Shown here one piece after another: positions 17,173-26,615 of a DNA stretch of 64,000 nucleotides. The stretch spans positions 2,177,585 to 2,241,584 of the forward strand of contig OZ244803.1 in assembly GCA_965220045.1 (NCBI GenBank), read 5' to 3'. The number at the start of each line of letters is the position of its first letter. The stretch's first letter is position 1. The DNA is from Chloroflexota bacterium (GTDB lineage: Bacteria; Chloroflexota; UBA11872; VXOZ01). Position numbers and translations under genes: made by a program. A model generated the notes under the pieces. The model had not been told where the DNA came from and made no database searches. It worked only from the letters and a program-made list of their open reading frames with translations.

Positions 17173-17215
17173 AGGAGGCGGGCAGCATGGGGACTGCCCG
17201 CCTCCTTTCTCTATC
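17173..17215 (+). terminator. Rho-independent-type terminator hairpin downstream of the PspC gene
   Basis: gaggaggcgggcag-catgggga-ctgcccgcctcc followed by tttctctatcc: 12-14 bp GC-rich stem, 8-nt loop, U-rich (interrupted) tail. Confidence 0.5.
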
Positions 17216-17373
17216 CTGCAATGCGAGTCGCCACTAGCCTGCAATGTGCGCCCTGTGCACGTGGCTCGCGAGCCAGTGTATTGATAGGCCGCTTGTCTAT
17301 GTGCTTGACACACGCCGGTGCATCGGCAATAGTTGTTGTCAAAGCAACCAAGCCCAAATTGGGGAGGATCCAC

Positions 17374-18672
17374 ATGGCAAAGACATTGAGCGCCGCGCCA
17401 ACACTGGCACTGGACGGCGGGCCCAAGGCAGTGACTGCTGCGATCGACGACCGCTGGGAGCGGGTGACCGACCTGGAAAAGGAATACGTGCTGCGGGTGT
17501 TGGACAACTACGGCGATGCCTACGCCGAATTGGACCTGTTCGAGCGAGAGTGGCGGGAATTCATCGGCACGAAACACGCAATCGCCATGTGCAATGGCAC
17601 GGCCACCATTCACTCCGCCATCTTTGCGGCCGGCGCGCACGCGGGCAAAGAGGTGATCGTGCCCTCGGTGACCTGGCACGCGTCCATCAGCCCCATTCTC
17701 CATTGCGGCGCGACACCGGTCTTCTGCGATGCGGACTCGGAGACCTTCTGCGCCGATCCGGAGGACGCCAGGCGCAAAATCACCGATCGCACCTGCGCCA
17801 TCGTCGTCACGCACGTTTACGGTAACCCGGCAGACCTCGACGCGTTTCGCGAGATCGTGGATGGCACCGACATCGTCCTCATCGAAGACGCGTCACACGC
17901 TCACGGCGCGACGTGGGACGGCAAGCCGGTGGGCTCGTTCGGGCACATTGGCTGCTTCAGCCTGCAGAAGGGCAAGGCCATGACCGGCATCGAGGCCGGC
18001 GTTGCCGTCACCGACGACGACGCGCTCTACGACCGCATGCTGGCGCTCGGCCAGTACGGGCGCTGCGGCAAACTCTGGTCCACGGCCGAATTCGCCGACC
18101 TGCGCAATATGGGATTAGGCGTGAAGTACCGCGCCAATCCGCTCGCCATCGCCATGGTGCGCGCCCAGTTCCGCCGGCTGCCGGAAATGAACGAGAAGCG
18201 CCGGGCGTGGTTCGACCGGCTCGACGCTTTGCTGAGCGCCATTCCCGGTGTGAATCCGCAGCAGGTCTATCCCAAGGCGGTCCGGGGCGGCTTGGTGCAC
18301 TACGGCGGGACGCTCGACACTGAGGCCATCGGCGTGCCTGCAGACACTCTTCTCACAGCGTTGGTTGCTGAAGGCGTACAAACGAAGCCGGAGATAACGC
18401 CCTTCGGCTATGGCGTGATGCATTTGGAACCGCTCTTCAATGATTACGCTCTTGACGGCGTGGGCGGGCCGTGGAAAGACCTGCCGGCAGATTCGCGCGT
18501 CCGCAGACAGCGCGGCCATCTACCCGTGAGCGAGCGCATCCACGATACAGCGCTTTGGATTCAAACGCCTATCGACCCCAATCCGGAGTGGGTAGAGCAG
18601 GTGGGCGCAGCCTTTCGCAAGGTGATCGCCAACGCCGACCGCCTCGCCGAGCTTGCGCCCACGGGGACCTAG
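17374..18672 (+). CDS. DegT/DnrJ/EryC1/StrS-family PLP-dependent aminotransferase (second copy in window)
   Basis: Start MAKTLSAAPTL… with GGGGAGGA RBS at 17361-17368. The track ORF from 17221 is an extension. …GTKHAIAMCNGTATIHSAIFAAG…EVIVPSVTWHAS…, …GCFSLQKGKAMTGIEAG… (active-site Lys block). Confidence 0.75.
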   Translation: MAKTLSAAPTLALDGGPKAVTAAIDDRWERVTDLEKEYVLRVLDNYGDAYAELDLFEREWREFIGTKHAIAMCNGTATIHSAIFAAGAHAGKEVIVPSVTWHASISPILHCGATPVFCDADSETFCADPEDARRKITDRTCAIVVTHVYGNPADLDAFREIVDGTDIVLIEDASHAHGATWDGKPVGSFGHIGCFSLQKGKAMTGIEAGVAVTDDDALYDRMLALGQYGRCGKLWSTAEFADLRNMGLGVKYRANPLAIAMVRAQFRRLPEMNEKRRAWFDRLDALLSAIPGVNPQQVYPKAVRGGLVHYGGTLDTEAIGVPADTLLTALVAEGVQTKPEITPFGYGVMHLEPLFNDYALDGVGGPWKDLPADSRVRRQRGHLPVSERIHDTALWIQTPIDPNPEWVEQVGAAFRKVIANADRLAELAPTGT

Positions 18673-18829
18673 GCAGTATGTGCCGGGATGCCTCCTTGGG
18701 ATGGGGCCGAGGTCCGGATAGCGATACTCCCAAGACTACGATAGGCAAGCGAGTGCTGCCAAACATGAGGGAAGTCGATGTGTTACGCTGTCTGTAGACA
18801 GTGGCTGCTGTGAAACGAGGAACACGGAT

Positions 18830-19000
18830 ATGGACTCTCTGGCGGAATGGATGCCCAGTATCGTTGCGGCGGCAGCCTGGCTTGGCTTGCTCTGGAGATT
18901 CGAAACTCGTATTTCAGCGCTGTCCGATCGGGTATCTCGCATCGAAGGTCTGCTTGAAGGGTACTTTATGCAGGCACGAGGCACGAAGGAGCAAGAGTAG
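18830..19000 (+). CDS. possible small membrane protein (56 aa), low confidence
   Basis: Unlisted short ORF MDSLAEWMPSIVAAAAWLGLLWRFETRISALSDRVSRIEGLLEGYFMQARGTKEQE, with GAGGAA 8 nt upstream and one hydrophobic helix. It lies in a 400-bp gap between convergent genes. No homology support. Confidence 0.2.
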   Translation: MDSLAEWMPSIVAAAAWLGLLWRFETRISALSDRVSRIEGLLEGYFMQARGTKEQE

Positions 19001-19080
19001 AGGCGCAATAAGCGCTTGCTCCCGCCCGACGGCAATGCAAAGAAGGTTGCGCCACAGGCCAAGCGAGTCCGAACGCGACT

Positions 19081-20826
19081 CTAGGGTGAAGCGCCTTCCC
19101 GATTGGTGGTGTGTTCCGCGCCACGACAACGTGCAGTCGCTTCCCGGTCAAGCTCGCCGTCAGATGTTACCACGACGCCGTAGACCTGGCGCGCGCGTTC
19201 ACGCGATACCTTTTCGTTGCACACGTCATCCAAGACTAACTGCGGATCGCGTTCCAGGGGATCACCCCAGCCACCGGCTCCTGACACCATGTGCCGGAAC
19301 AGATCGTCTTCATAGATCGTCTCGGTCGCTTTGCTCGTGAGCACACGCGCTTCGGTGTCCGGATTGAGAATGTTCTTTGAAGGCGCGCCGTCACTCCCGC
19401 CAGCCAGACCGTAAGCAAAGTACTTATGTCGATCTGAGCGGAGTTGCAATGTCGCGCGCCGCTCACGCAGGCGGTAATCGCGAACCAAGGCCAACCCGCC
19501 GCGATACTTGCCCGCGCCTTCGGAATCCGGCACGTAGCCGTAGCGCTCGATGCGCAGGGGCAGCTCAGCCTCCACCACTTCCACCGGATTGTTCGAGAAA
19601 TTCACGACGATGCTTGCCATAGCGTCGGTGCCGTCGCCCCAGGGCTTGCCTCCCCACGAACCAAAGAGGAATTCCAGATAGACAAACGGGTTGCCGCCGT
19701 CGTCGTAGCCGCCAATGCTCACACCCGTATCGCCCCCCACCTCGCAGGCCGGAATGCGGTCGGGGGCCAGTTTGGCGAGCGCGCCCATCACCGCGTTGGC
19801 GGTGCGGTAGCCGGTGAGGCCGCGCGCCGCTACCGGTGCGGGCATGCTGGGATTGATGACCGAACTCTCCGGCGCGATAACCTCGATGGGGCGGAAGTAC
19901 CCCTCGTTATTGGGGATTTCCTCCCCCATGAGACTGCGCACGCAGGCGTACACCGCCGAGCGCGTGAATGGTATCGGCGAATTGATGCCGCCGCGCACCT
20001 GCGGCGACGTGCCGGCAAAATCCACCGTCATCGAGTCGCCATGCACCTTCACCGTAACGGCAATGGGAATTGGTCCCGGATCAAAGCCGTCGTCGTCGAT
20101 GTAGTCGGTGAACGTGTACTCGCCATCCGGGAGGTCGGAGATAGCCTGCCGCGCCAGCCGTTCGGTGTAGTCGAGCAGCGCGGAAAAGCGTGCTTGCAGG
20201 TCTTCGTGCCCGTAACGTGCAAAGAGCGTCTTCACACGCCGTTCGCCCACGTGGCAGGCGGAAAGTTGCGCGCGGAGGTCGCCAAGCACAAGCCGGGGCA
20301 CCCGCACGTTGGCGCGCATGAGCTCAAAGACGGCTTCATTCGGTTCACCGGCAGCGTAGAGTTTGAGCGGCGGAATGCGGATGCCTTCCTGGAAGATCTC
20401 GGTGGCGTCGCAGCCGTTGCCGCCCGCGACCATGCCGCCCACGTCGGCGTGATGCGCAATAGATACCAGGTAGCAGGCGAGGGTGCCGTCCAGGAAGACA
20501 GGCTTGAAGATGTAGATGTCGGGCAGATGCGTGCCGCCGGCATAGGGATCGTTCAGCATGTACACGTCGCCGGGCTGCACGTCGTTTCCAAACGTCGCAA
20601 AGATGCTCTCTATCGCGTGCGGCACCGAACCGAGGTGCAACGGTAGCGTCAGCCCCTGGGCGATCAGTTCGCCACTCGGCTGGCACAGCGCGGTGGAGAA
20701 ATCCATGCTGTTCTTGAGATTGTTCGAATACGCCGTGCGCAGCACCGTCATCGCCATCTCGTCCACCAGCGATTCCAGCGCATTCTTGAGGATTTCCGTC
20801 TCAACCGGATCGAACTCGCGGCTCAC
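19081..20826 (-). CDS. hyuB: hydantoinase B / oxoprolinase family protein (HyuB, N-methylhydantoinase B-type)
   Basis: …DPVETEILKNALESLVDEMAMTVLRTAYSNNLKNSMDFSTALC…, …DPYAGGTHLPDIYIFKPVF… are typical of Hydantoinase_B. GTG start at 20826 overlaps the hyuA TGA stop (GTGA coupling). The ORF-track extension to 20865 was rejected. Confidence 0.8.
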   Translation of the reverse strand: MSREFDPVETEILKNALESLVDEMAMTVLRTAYSNNLKNSMDFSTALCQPSGELIAQGLTLPLHLGSVPHAIESIFATFGNDVQPGDVYMLNDPYAGGTHLPDIYIFKPVFLDGTLACYLVSIAHHADVGGMVAGGNGCDATEIFQEGIRIPPLKLYAAGEPNEAVFELMRANVRVPRLVLGDLRAQLSACHVGERRVKTLFARYGHEDLQARFSALLDYTERLARQAISDLPDGEYTFTDYIDDDGFDPGPIPIAVTVKVHGDSMTVDFAGTSPQVRGGINSPIPFTRSAVYACVRSLMGEEIPNNEGYFRPIEVIAPESSVINPSMPAPVAARGLTGYRTANAVMGALAKLAPDRIPACEVGGDTGVSIGGYDDGGNPFVYLEFLFGSWGGKPWGDGTDAMASIVVNFSNNPVEVVEAELPLRIERYGYVPDSEGAGKYRGGLALVRDYRLRERRATLQLRSDRHKYFAYGLAGGSDGAPSKNILNPDTEARVLTSKATETIYEDDLFRHMVSGAGGWGDPLERDPQLVLDDVCNEKVSRERARQVYGVVVTSDGELDREATARCRGAEHTTNREGASP

Positions 20827-22916
20827 GACTGGTCTTCTCCCACTGTAATCACCACATTGTCCCAAGCATCCCGTCTCACTGAGCAGTGCGGCGGAACCAG
20901 GATGGTAGTGTCGTATTCCTCAATGATAAGCGGGCCGGGCTGATCGTCTGTGCTCAGCTCGTGGCGGGCGAGCAACGGCACGGACTGCTCACCCATTGCG
21001 GCGCCGAAATACGCTGTCCGCTCTTGCGGACCGGATGCTGTTACCTTACTCGTGGCGGCGCTGCCCCAGCGGTGCGCCCCCTCCCGTGGCAAGGTGACCT
21101 CAACCCGCAGATTGACTAACTCGACGGGATCGTCGGGCGCCTTATGTCCGTACGTGCGTTCGTGCTCAATTTCAAAGGCTTCCCGCATGACGGCCGGTTT
21201 AGATTCTTGGAATGGCACCGTGAGTTCAAAGGACTGCCCCGTATAGCGCAGGTCCGCAAAGCGCTGCCAGACGCCATGGTCCCGCGCGTCGCCGTCGACA
21301 CCAAGCTCGCCGGCCAGGCGAGACTCCAAGTCTCTGTAGTGCTGATCCACCACTTCCGCGCTCACCGAGTCCAGCGGCAGGAGTACCGTCTGCACGGCGT
21401 GCTGAGAAACGTCCACGCACAAGAGTCCCAGAGAACTGAACAGTCCCGGAAACGGTGGCACGACCACCTGCCGGACACCGAGTTCCTGGGCCATTTCAGC
21501 CGCATGCAGCGGGCCGCTGCCGCCAAATGCAAACAGGACGAAATCGGCAGGCGAACGGCCGCGTTCCACCGTGACCGCTCGCACGGCGCGGCTCATGTGA
21601 GAGACCGCAATGCGATGGATGCCTAGTGCAGACTCCGCAACACTAAGGTCTAGAGGTGAAGCCAATTTTGCGTCCAATGTCGCGCGGGCATGGTCGGCAT
21701 CAATGGGCAATTCTCCGCCCAGGAAGTGCGTCTGGTTCAGGTACCCGAGCGCCACGTTAGCATCGGTAAGCGTTGGCTCTTCGCCGCCCTGCGCGTAACA
21801 AACGGGACCGGGTTCGGCGCCCGCGCTATGGGGCCCGACGCGCAGACCGCCCGCCGGATCGATCCACGCGATGCTGCCGCCGCCGGCGCCCACTTCCGCT
21901 ATGTCTATGGCCGGCACTCGCAGCGCATAGCCCGCGCCGCGTTGCAGGCGTGCGCTCAGGCTGATGCCGCCGCCGACCTCATAGTCGTTGGTGCGCGTAA
22001 TGCGGCCATCTTCAATGACCGAGGCTTTCGCCGTCGTGCCCCCCATGTCGAGGGTGATCACGTTGGCGGCGTTCATCGCGTTTGCCAGCGAAAGCGCGCC
22101 CATCACACCGGCGGCAGGCCCGGATTCAATCACGTGAATAGGCTGCTCCGCTGCCTTGCCAGCACCCATCATGCCGCCGGCGGACTGCATCATGTAGACG
22201 GGAGCGGTTATGCGCCGCTCGTCGAGAGATTCGTGAAGTCGGTTGAGGTACGAGCGCATGACTGGTGCAATATAGGCATTGATCACCGTTGTGCTCGTCC
22301 GCTCGTACTCGCGAATTTCGGGCAGCACGTGGGATGAAAGGGAAACGAACACGTCCGGCGCCGCCGCGTGCAGCAGTTCACCGATGCGCTCTTCGTGTTC
22401 GGAATTGCGGTACGCGTTGATAAGGCACACTGCAATCGACCGCACGCCTGCGTCCAGCAAGTGCGCTATGGCAGCGTGCACGCTTTCCTCATCCAACTCG
22501 CGCACCACGCCGCCGTGCGTATCGACACGCTCGTCAACTTCCCGCCGCAGCGCGCGCGGCACCAGCGGTTGCGGCGGCTCCCAGTGCAGATCGTAGAGAC
22601 GCGGCATACGCAAGCGCCGGATCTCCAGCACGTCGCGAAAGCCCGCCGTCGTAATGAGGCCGGTCGGCGCGCCTTTGCCTTCCAGAATTGCGTTGGTTGC
22701 CACTGTCGTGGCGTGGATAACTTCGCGAATCTTCGCGCTCTGGGAATCCGTTTCGCGGATGAGGGCGTCAAGACCCTGAACAATGCCTTGCGCAAAGTCA
22801 GCGGCGGTTGAAGATACCTTCGTCCACACGCGCAGACCCTGGGAATCCATGAAGACAAGGTCGGTGAAGGTACCGCCAATGTCTACACCGACGCGCAGAG
22901 ATGAGTCCACAGGCAT
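20823..22916 (-). CDS. hyuA: hydantoinase A / oxoprolinase family protein (HyuA)
   Basis: N-terminus MPVDSSLRVGVDIGGTFTDLVFMD… (ASKHA-fold ATPase). 697 aa. …GIDAGGTFT…-like second domain (…VITLDMGGTTAKASVI…). Confidence 0.8.
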   Translation of the reverse strand: MPVDSSLRVGVDIGGTFTDLVFMDSQGLRVWTKVSSTAADFAQGIVQGLDALIRETDSQSAKIREVIHATTVATNAILEGKGAPTGLITTAGFRDVLEIRRLRMPRLYDLHWEPPQPLVPRALRREVDERVDTHGGVVRELDEESVHAAIAHLLDAGVRSIAVCLINAYRNSEHEERIGELLHAAAPDVFVSLSSHVLPEIREYERTSTTVINAYIAPVMRSYLNRLHESLDERRITAPVYMMQSAGGMMGAGKAAEQPIHVIESGPAAGVMGALSLANAMNAANVITLDMGGTTAKASVIEDGRITRTNDYEVGGGISLSARLQRGAGYALRVPAIDIAEVGAGGGSIAWIDPAGGLRVGPHSAGAEPGPVCYAQGGEEPTLTDANVALGYLNQTHFLGGELPIDADHARATLDAKLASPLDLSVAESALGIHRIAVSHMSRAVRAVTVERGRSPADFVLFAFGGSGPLHAAEMAQELGVRQVVVPPFPGLFSSLGLLCVDVSQHAVQTVLLPLDSVSAEVVDQHYRDLESRLAGELGVDGDARDHGVWQRFADLRYTGQSFELTVPFQESKPAVMREAFEIEHERTYGHKAPDDPVELVNLRVEVTLPREGAHRWGSAATSKVTASGPQERTAYFGAAMGEQSVPLLARHELSTDDQPGPLIIEEYDTTILVPPHCSVRRDAWDNVVITVGEDQS

Positions 22917-22919
22917 CGC

Positions 22920-23663
22920 CTAGACGGTCACAGGCACGGGCCGGGCCGCGGGAGACAACTCGAACAATCTGCCGTATCCGGATATCGGAGCGGTGTGACC
23001 GAGGGCACGCAAGCACTGCCAGTAGGTGGCTTGATTGCTGGTTACTACCGGTATGCCCAGGTCTTCTTCAAGCGCCTGGATGACATCCATGGTACGGAGG
23101 TTCGTACAGCTAATGAAGAGCGCATCGGCATCTGCGGCCGCGTGTTCGCGGGCAAAGCGATAGGTTTCCTCCAGCGGGACAACGCCGATGTCGAACGCCG
23201 TGAGAATGCTCATACCGGCCTGGCTCACCACGTCAAAGCCCCAATCCTGCAGGAACTTGACCTCGAGGTCGTTGAGTTCAGGAATATACGGCGTCACCAT
23301 GGCAACGCGCTGGGCGTCCAGCGCCCGTAGCGCACCGGCGACCGCTCCGGCGGTGGTCACCGCCTCAATCTGGCTGCCACCCCGTAGTCGCTCGCGCAAC
23401 GCCTCTTCGCCGTCGGCGCCTTCAAAGAAACTGCCCGCGGTACAAGCAAAAGCGATAGCATCCACATTCGCGCTGAGAAGCTCATCTACACCGCGGTCGA
23501 CGTGCGCGCACATCTGCGCCATGTCGTCGGCGTCCGAGCGGGAATTGCGCATGCGAGTAGCATAAACAGCATAGCCGTCCGGCAGCAGCGCGCAGCCTTC
23601 CGGTTCAACGACCGTATTGACCGAAGGTACAAGCAAACCGATGCGTCCGCGCCAACCAAACAT
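22920..23663 (-). CDS. Asp/Glu/hydantoin racemase superfamily protein (maleate isomerase / arylmalonate decarboxylase-like)
   Basis: Probable start MFGWRGRIGLLVPSVNTVVEPEG… matches the N-terminal RIGvIVPSSNT.mE block of maleate isomerase/AMDase-type enzymes. 4 nt upstream of hyuA (same operon). Confidence 0.6.
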   Translation of the reverse strand: MFGWRGRIGLLVPSVNTVVEPEGCALLPDGYAVYATRMRNSRSDADDMAQMCAHVDRGVDELLSANVDAIAFACTAGSFFEGADGEEALRERLRGGSQIEAVTTAGAVAGALRALDAQRVAMVTPYIPELNDLEVKFLQDWGFDVVSQAGMSILTAFDIGVVPLEETYRFAREHAAADADALFISCTNLRTMDVIQALEEDLGIPVVTSNQATYWQCLRALGHTAPISGYGRLFELSPAARPVPVTV

Positions 23664-24060
23664 GCCGACACCTCCAAACTCTTCGTTTTCAGGATTTGTC
23701 AAGGTCTCGAAGTACTATCAAACACAGGGATCAATTTGCGCCAAGCAACTCGGCGCGAGGCCATGCGACGCGTGGGTCGAACCTTGAATGTCCCACATCG
23801 CGCCCTTTCGCAAACGAATGCGACAGCTAGAATGATGATAGCGCAGCAACTTAGGCAAAACAACCTCGCTTGTCGCTCTGGTTGTCGGGACATACAATAC
23901 CCTACGGATGCCAGGCTGCGGCGGTGCGCTAACAGGCCGCACAGCCGCGTAAGAGGACGGCCGCACTCTCCTGGCACCCACTGCTTTCCCGCGTGTGGCG
24001 CACGGGCGCAGAACCGCCGGGCGAGTCTCAGGCACACACAGCGATCCGCGAGGTGTAGGT

Positions 24061-25125
24061 ATGCAGATTGGCATAGTTGGATTGCCGTTTTCCGGCAAGA
24101 CCACAGTCTTCACCGCCCTAGCAGGCGATGCATCGGAACAGAGCCACCAGTCCCACGGCCTGGAACCAGCCCTCGCCACCGTACGTCTCCCCGACGCCCG
24201 CCTCGAAGCGCTCTGCGCGCTGTTCGAGACCGAATTATGCATCCCCACGGAAGTGCAGTACCTGGACTTTCCCGGGGCGGGATTTGGCAGGCAAGAAAAG
24301 GACGCCGCCTGGGTGGGCACGCTCCGCACCGTGGACGCGCTGCTGATCGCTCTCGGGGTCTTTAGCGGCACGCAAGAGCCCGCCGCCGAATTAGAGAGCA
24401 TCCACCTTGATCTCGTGTTGCCGGACCTGCAAATCGTGGAAAGCCGGCTAGACCGGCTCGCGTTGCAGTGGCGCACGGCCCCCGCCGCCGAACGCCTCCT
24501 CCTTGAACGGGAACAGAGCCTCTTGGAACGCATGCAAACGGCGCTCGAACAGGGCATGCCGGTACGTGCGCTGGATCTTTCCCCGGACGAAGAGCAGGCC
24601 ATCCGCGGGTTTCAATTCCTCACCATGAAACCCACGCTGGTGGTCCTCAATCTCTCTGAGGAACAGATGGCGCAGGCTGACGACTTGGCCGCGAACGTCC
24701 GCGCCGCATATGCGCACGCGCAGACTACGGTCATCGGCCTCTGCGCGCAACTGGAGATGGAGATCGCGCAGCTACCGCAGGATGAAGCGGACCTCTTTCG
24801 CGAGGACTTAGGCCTTGAGGAGGCAGGCGCGGCGCGGGTGGTACGCGAGTCGCACGCGCTGCTCGGTCTGATTCACTTCTTCACGATGAATGACAAAGAA
24901 GTGCGCGCCTGGGCGATTCCCCAAGGTACCCGCGCACAGGACGCCGCCGGCAAGATTCACACCGACATGGCCCGCGGCTTCGCGCGGGCGGAAGTGATTC
25001 CCTGGGATCAGTTGGTCGAGAATGACGGCTACGGCGATGCGCGCAAGCACGGCCTGGTGCGCCAAGAAGGCCGCGACTACGTGGTGCAGGACGGCGACGT
25101 GCTCTACATTCTGTTCTCCCGCTAG
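24061..25125 (+). CDS. ychF: redox-regulated ATPase YchF (Obg-like GTPase family)
   Basis: Start MQIGIVGLPFSGKTTVF… (P-loop) with GAGGTG RBS at 24050-24055. C-terminal TGS domain end …RDYVVQDGDVLYILFSR. The track ORF from 23995 is an extension. Confidence 0.8.
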   Translation: MQIGIVGLPFSGKTTVFTALAGDASEQSHQSHGLEPALATVRLPDARLEALCALFETELCIPTEVQYLDFPGAGFGRQEKDAAWVGTLRTVDALLIALGVFSGTQEPAAELESIHLDLVLPDLQIVESRLDRLALQWRTAPAAERLLLEREQSLLERMQTALEQGMPVRALDLSPDEEQAIRGFQFLTMKPTLVVLNLSEEQMAQADDLAANVRAAYAHAQTTVIGLCAQLEMEIAQLPQDEADLFREDLGLEEAGAARVVRESHALLGLIHFFTMNDKEVRAWAIPQGTRAQDAAGKIHTDMARGFARAEVIPWDQLVENDGYGDARKHGLVRQEGRDYVVQDGDVLYILFSR

Positions 25126-25290
25126 GCTGTTGCGCTTGCCGGGAGCAGACACACGTGCGCACGTTGGATGGCCCGTCAGTATGCTGACCCACTACAGATC
25201 CTGTGCACAGTTTTCCCAAACCGCGCTACATGGTTATATAATCACCTGTGAACACTCTCCCACCTAACACCACTTGGAGGCAATCCGCTC

Positions 25291-26454
25291 GTGGCACCCC
25301 CTAGCACCGCGCAGGCCGTAGCCGACCGCATTCTGGCACTGACCCCGTCTCCTACCATGGCGATGGACGCCAAGGCCAAAGCGATGGTGCGGTCGGGGAT
25401 TGACGTCATCAACCTCTCCGTCGGCGAACCGGACTTCGATACTCCGGCGCACATCAAAGATGCTGCTATTGCCGCGATTCAGGAAGGCTTCAACAAGTAC
25501 ACGCCCGCCGGCGGCATTCCCGAACTCAAAGAAGCCATTGCGGAGAAGCTCTCCCGGGAAAACGGTGTTGACTACAGTGCAAACGAAGTTGTGGCCTGCG
25601 TCGGCGGCAAGCAGGCGGTCTGCAACGTCTTTCTTGCGATTTGCAATCCCGGTGATGAAGTAATCGTGCACGCGCCGACCTGGCCGACCTTTCTTGAGCA
25701 AATCAAGCTGGCGCAAGGCGAGCCCGTGACCGTCCCGCTTGCCTCACCGTTCTCGATTACGGCAGACCCGCTGCTGGAGCGCATCACCCCCAACACCCGG
25801 GCAATCCTGCTCAATTCGCCCTGCAATCCCACGGGAGAGGTTGCTGAACCCGCAGAGATCCGCAAATTGGCACAGGCGTGCGTGGAGCGCGGCATCTACT
25901 TCATCGCCGACGAGACGTACGAGCACTTTCTCTACGGCGATACCGAACACCTGTCGCCCGCTTCCATGGGACCGGACGAAAGGGCCCATGTCATTACGGT
26001 GAACACCGTATCCAAGACGTACGCCATGACCGGCTGGCGCCTGGGCTATGTGGCCGGGCCGGAACCGGTGATCAAGGCCATCAACGACCTCATGACGCAG
26101 ATTACCAGCAACCCAACTGCCGCCGCGCAGAAGGCGGCCATTGCCGCCCTCACCGGGCCCCAGGACTGCGTGCGAGAAATGGTTGCCGAATTCAGTGCGC
26201 GCCGCTCGTTGCTGGTGGAAGGGCTGCGCGCGATTGGCTATACCTGCGCCCTGCCGGGCGGCGCATTTTATGCTTTCCCACAAGTCAATGGCGATGAAGC
26301 GGACATGGCGGTTGCCGATCGTCTATTGGAAGAAGCCCACATCGCCAGCGTGCCGGGGTCTTCATTCCTCGCCGACGGCCACCTGCGCATGTCGTACGCC
26401 ACCAGCCGCGAAAAGCTGCAGGAAGCCCTGGAGCGGCTGCAAGAGCTAGCCTAG
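25291..26454 (+). CDS. class I/II PLP aminotransferase (aspartate/aromatic aminotransferase AspB-type)
   Basis: …NLSVGEPDFDTP…, …YTPAGGIPELKEAIA…, …TVNTVSKTYAMTGWRLGYVAGP… (SK.y.mtGwRlGY Lys block). GTG start with GGAGG at 25276-25280. Confidence 0.8.
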   Translation: MAPPSTAQAVADRILALTPSPTMAMDAKAKAMVRSGIDVINLSVGEPDFDTPAHIKDAAIAAIQEGFNKYTPAGGIPELKEAIAEKLSRENGVDYSANEVVACVGGKQAVCNVFLAICNPGDEVIVHAPTWPTFLEQIKLAQGEPVTVPLASPFSITADPLLERITPNTRAILLNSPCNPTGEVAEPAEIRKLAQACVERGIYFIADETYEHFLYGDTEHLSPASMGPDERAHVITVNTVSKTYAMTGWRLGYVAGPEPVIKAINDLMTQITSNPTAAAQKAAIAALTGPQDCVREMVAEFSARRSLLVEGLRAIGYTCALPGGAFYAFPQVNGDEADMAVADRLLEEAHIASVPGSSFLADGHLRMSYATSREKLQEALERLQELA

Positions 26455-26615
26455 AATCCCGCCTTGAAAAGAGGTAGGGGCAACCCTTGTGGTTGCCCGT
26501 TACACGATACAATTACAATCGCGGCGGTTTAGTACCTACCACGTGATTTCCTGCTACCTGTCTCCGAAACCGACCGCTGCGCCATGCACCGGCACCTTTG
26601 CATAGGAGGTAAGCC

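Noticed and set aside
18801-19340. 179-aa ORF 18801..19340(+) in the aminotransferase/hyuB intergenic region
   Set aside because: Arg-rich nonsense-like translation overlapping the hyuB 3' end on the opposite strand. Only the short 18830-19000 ORF in another frame has gene-like features, and that one is low confidence.
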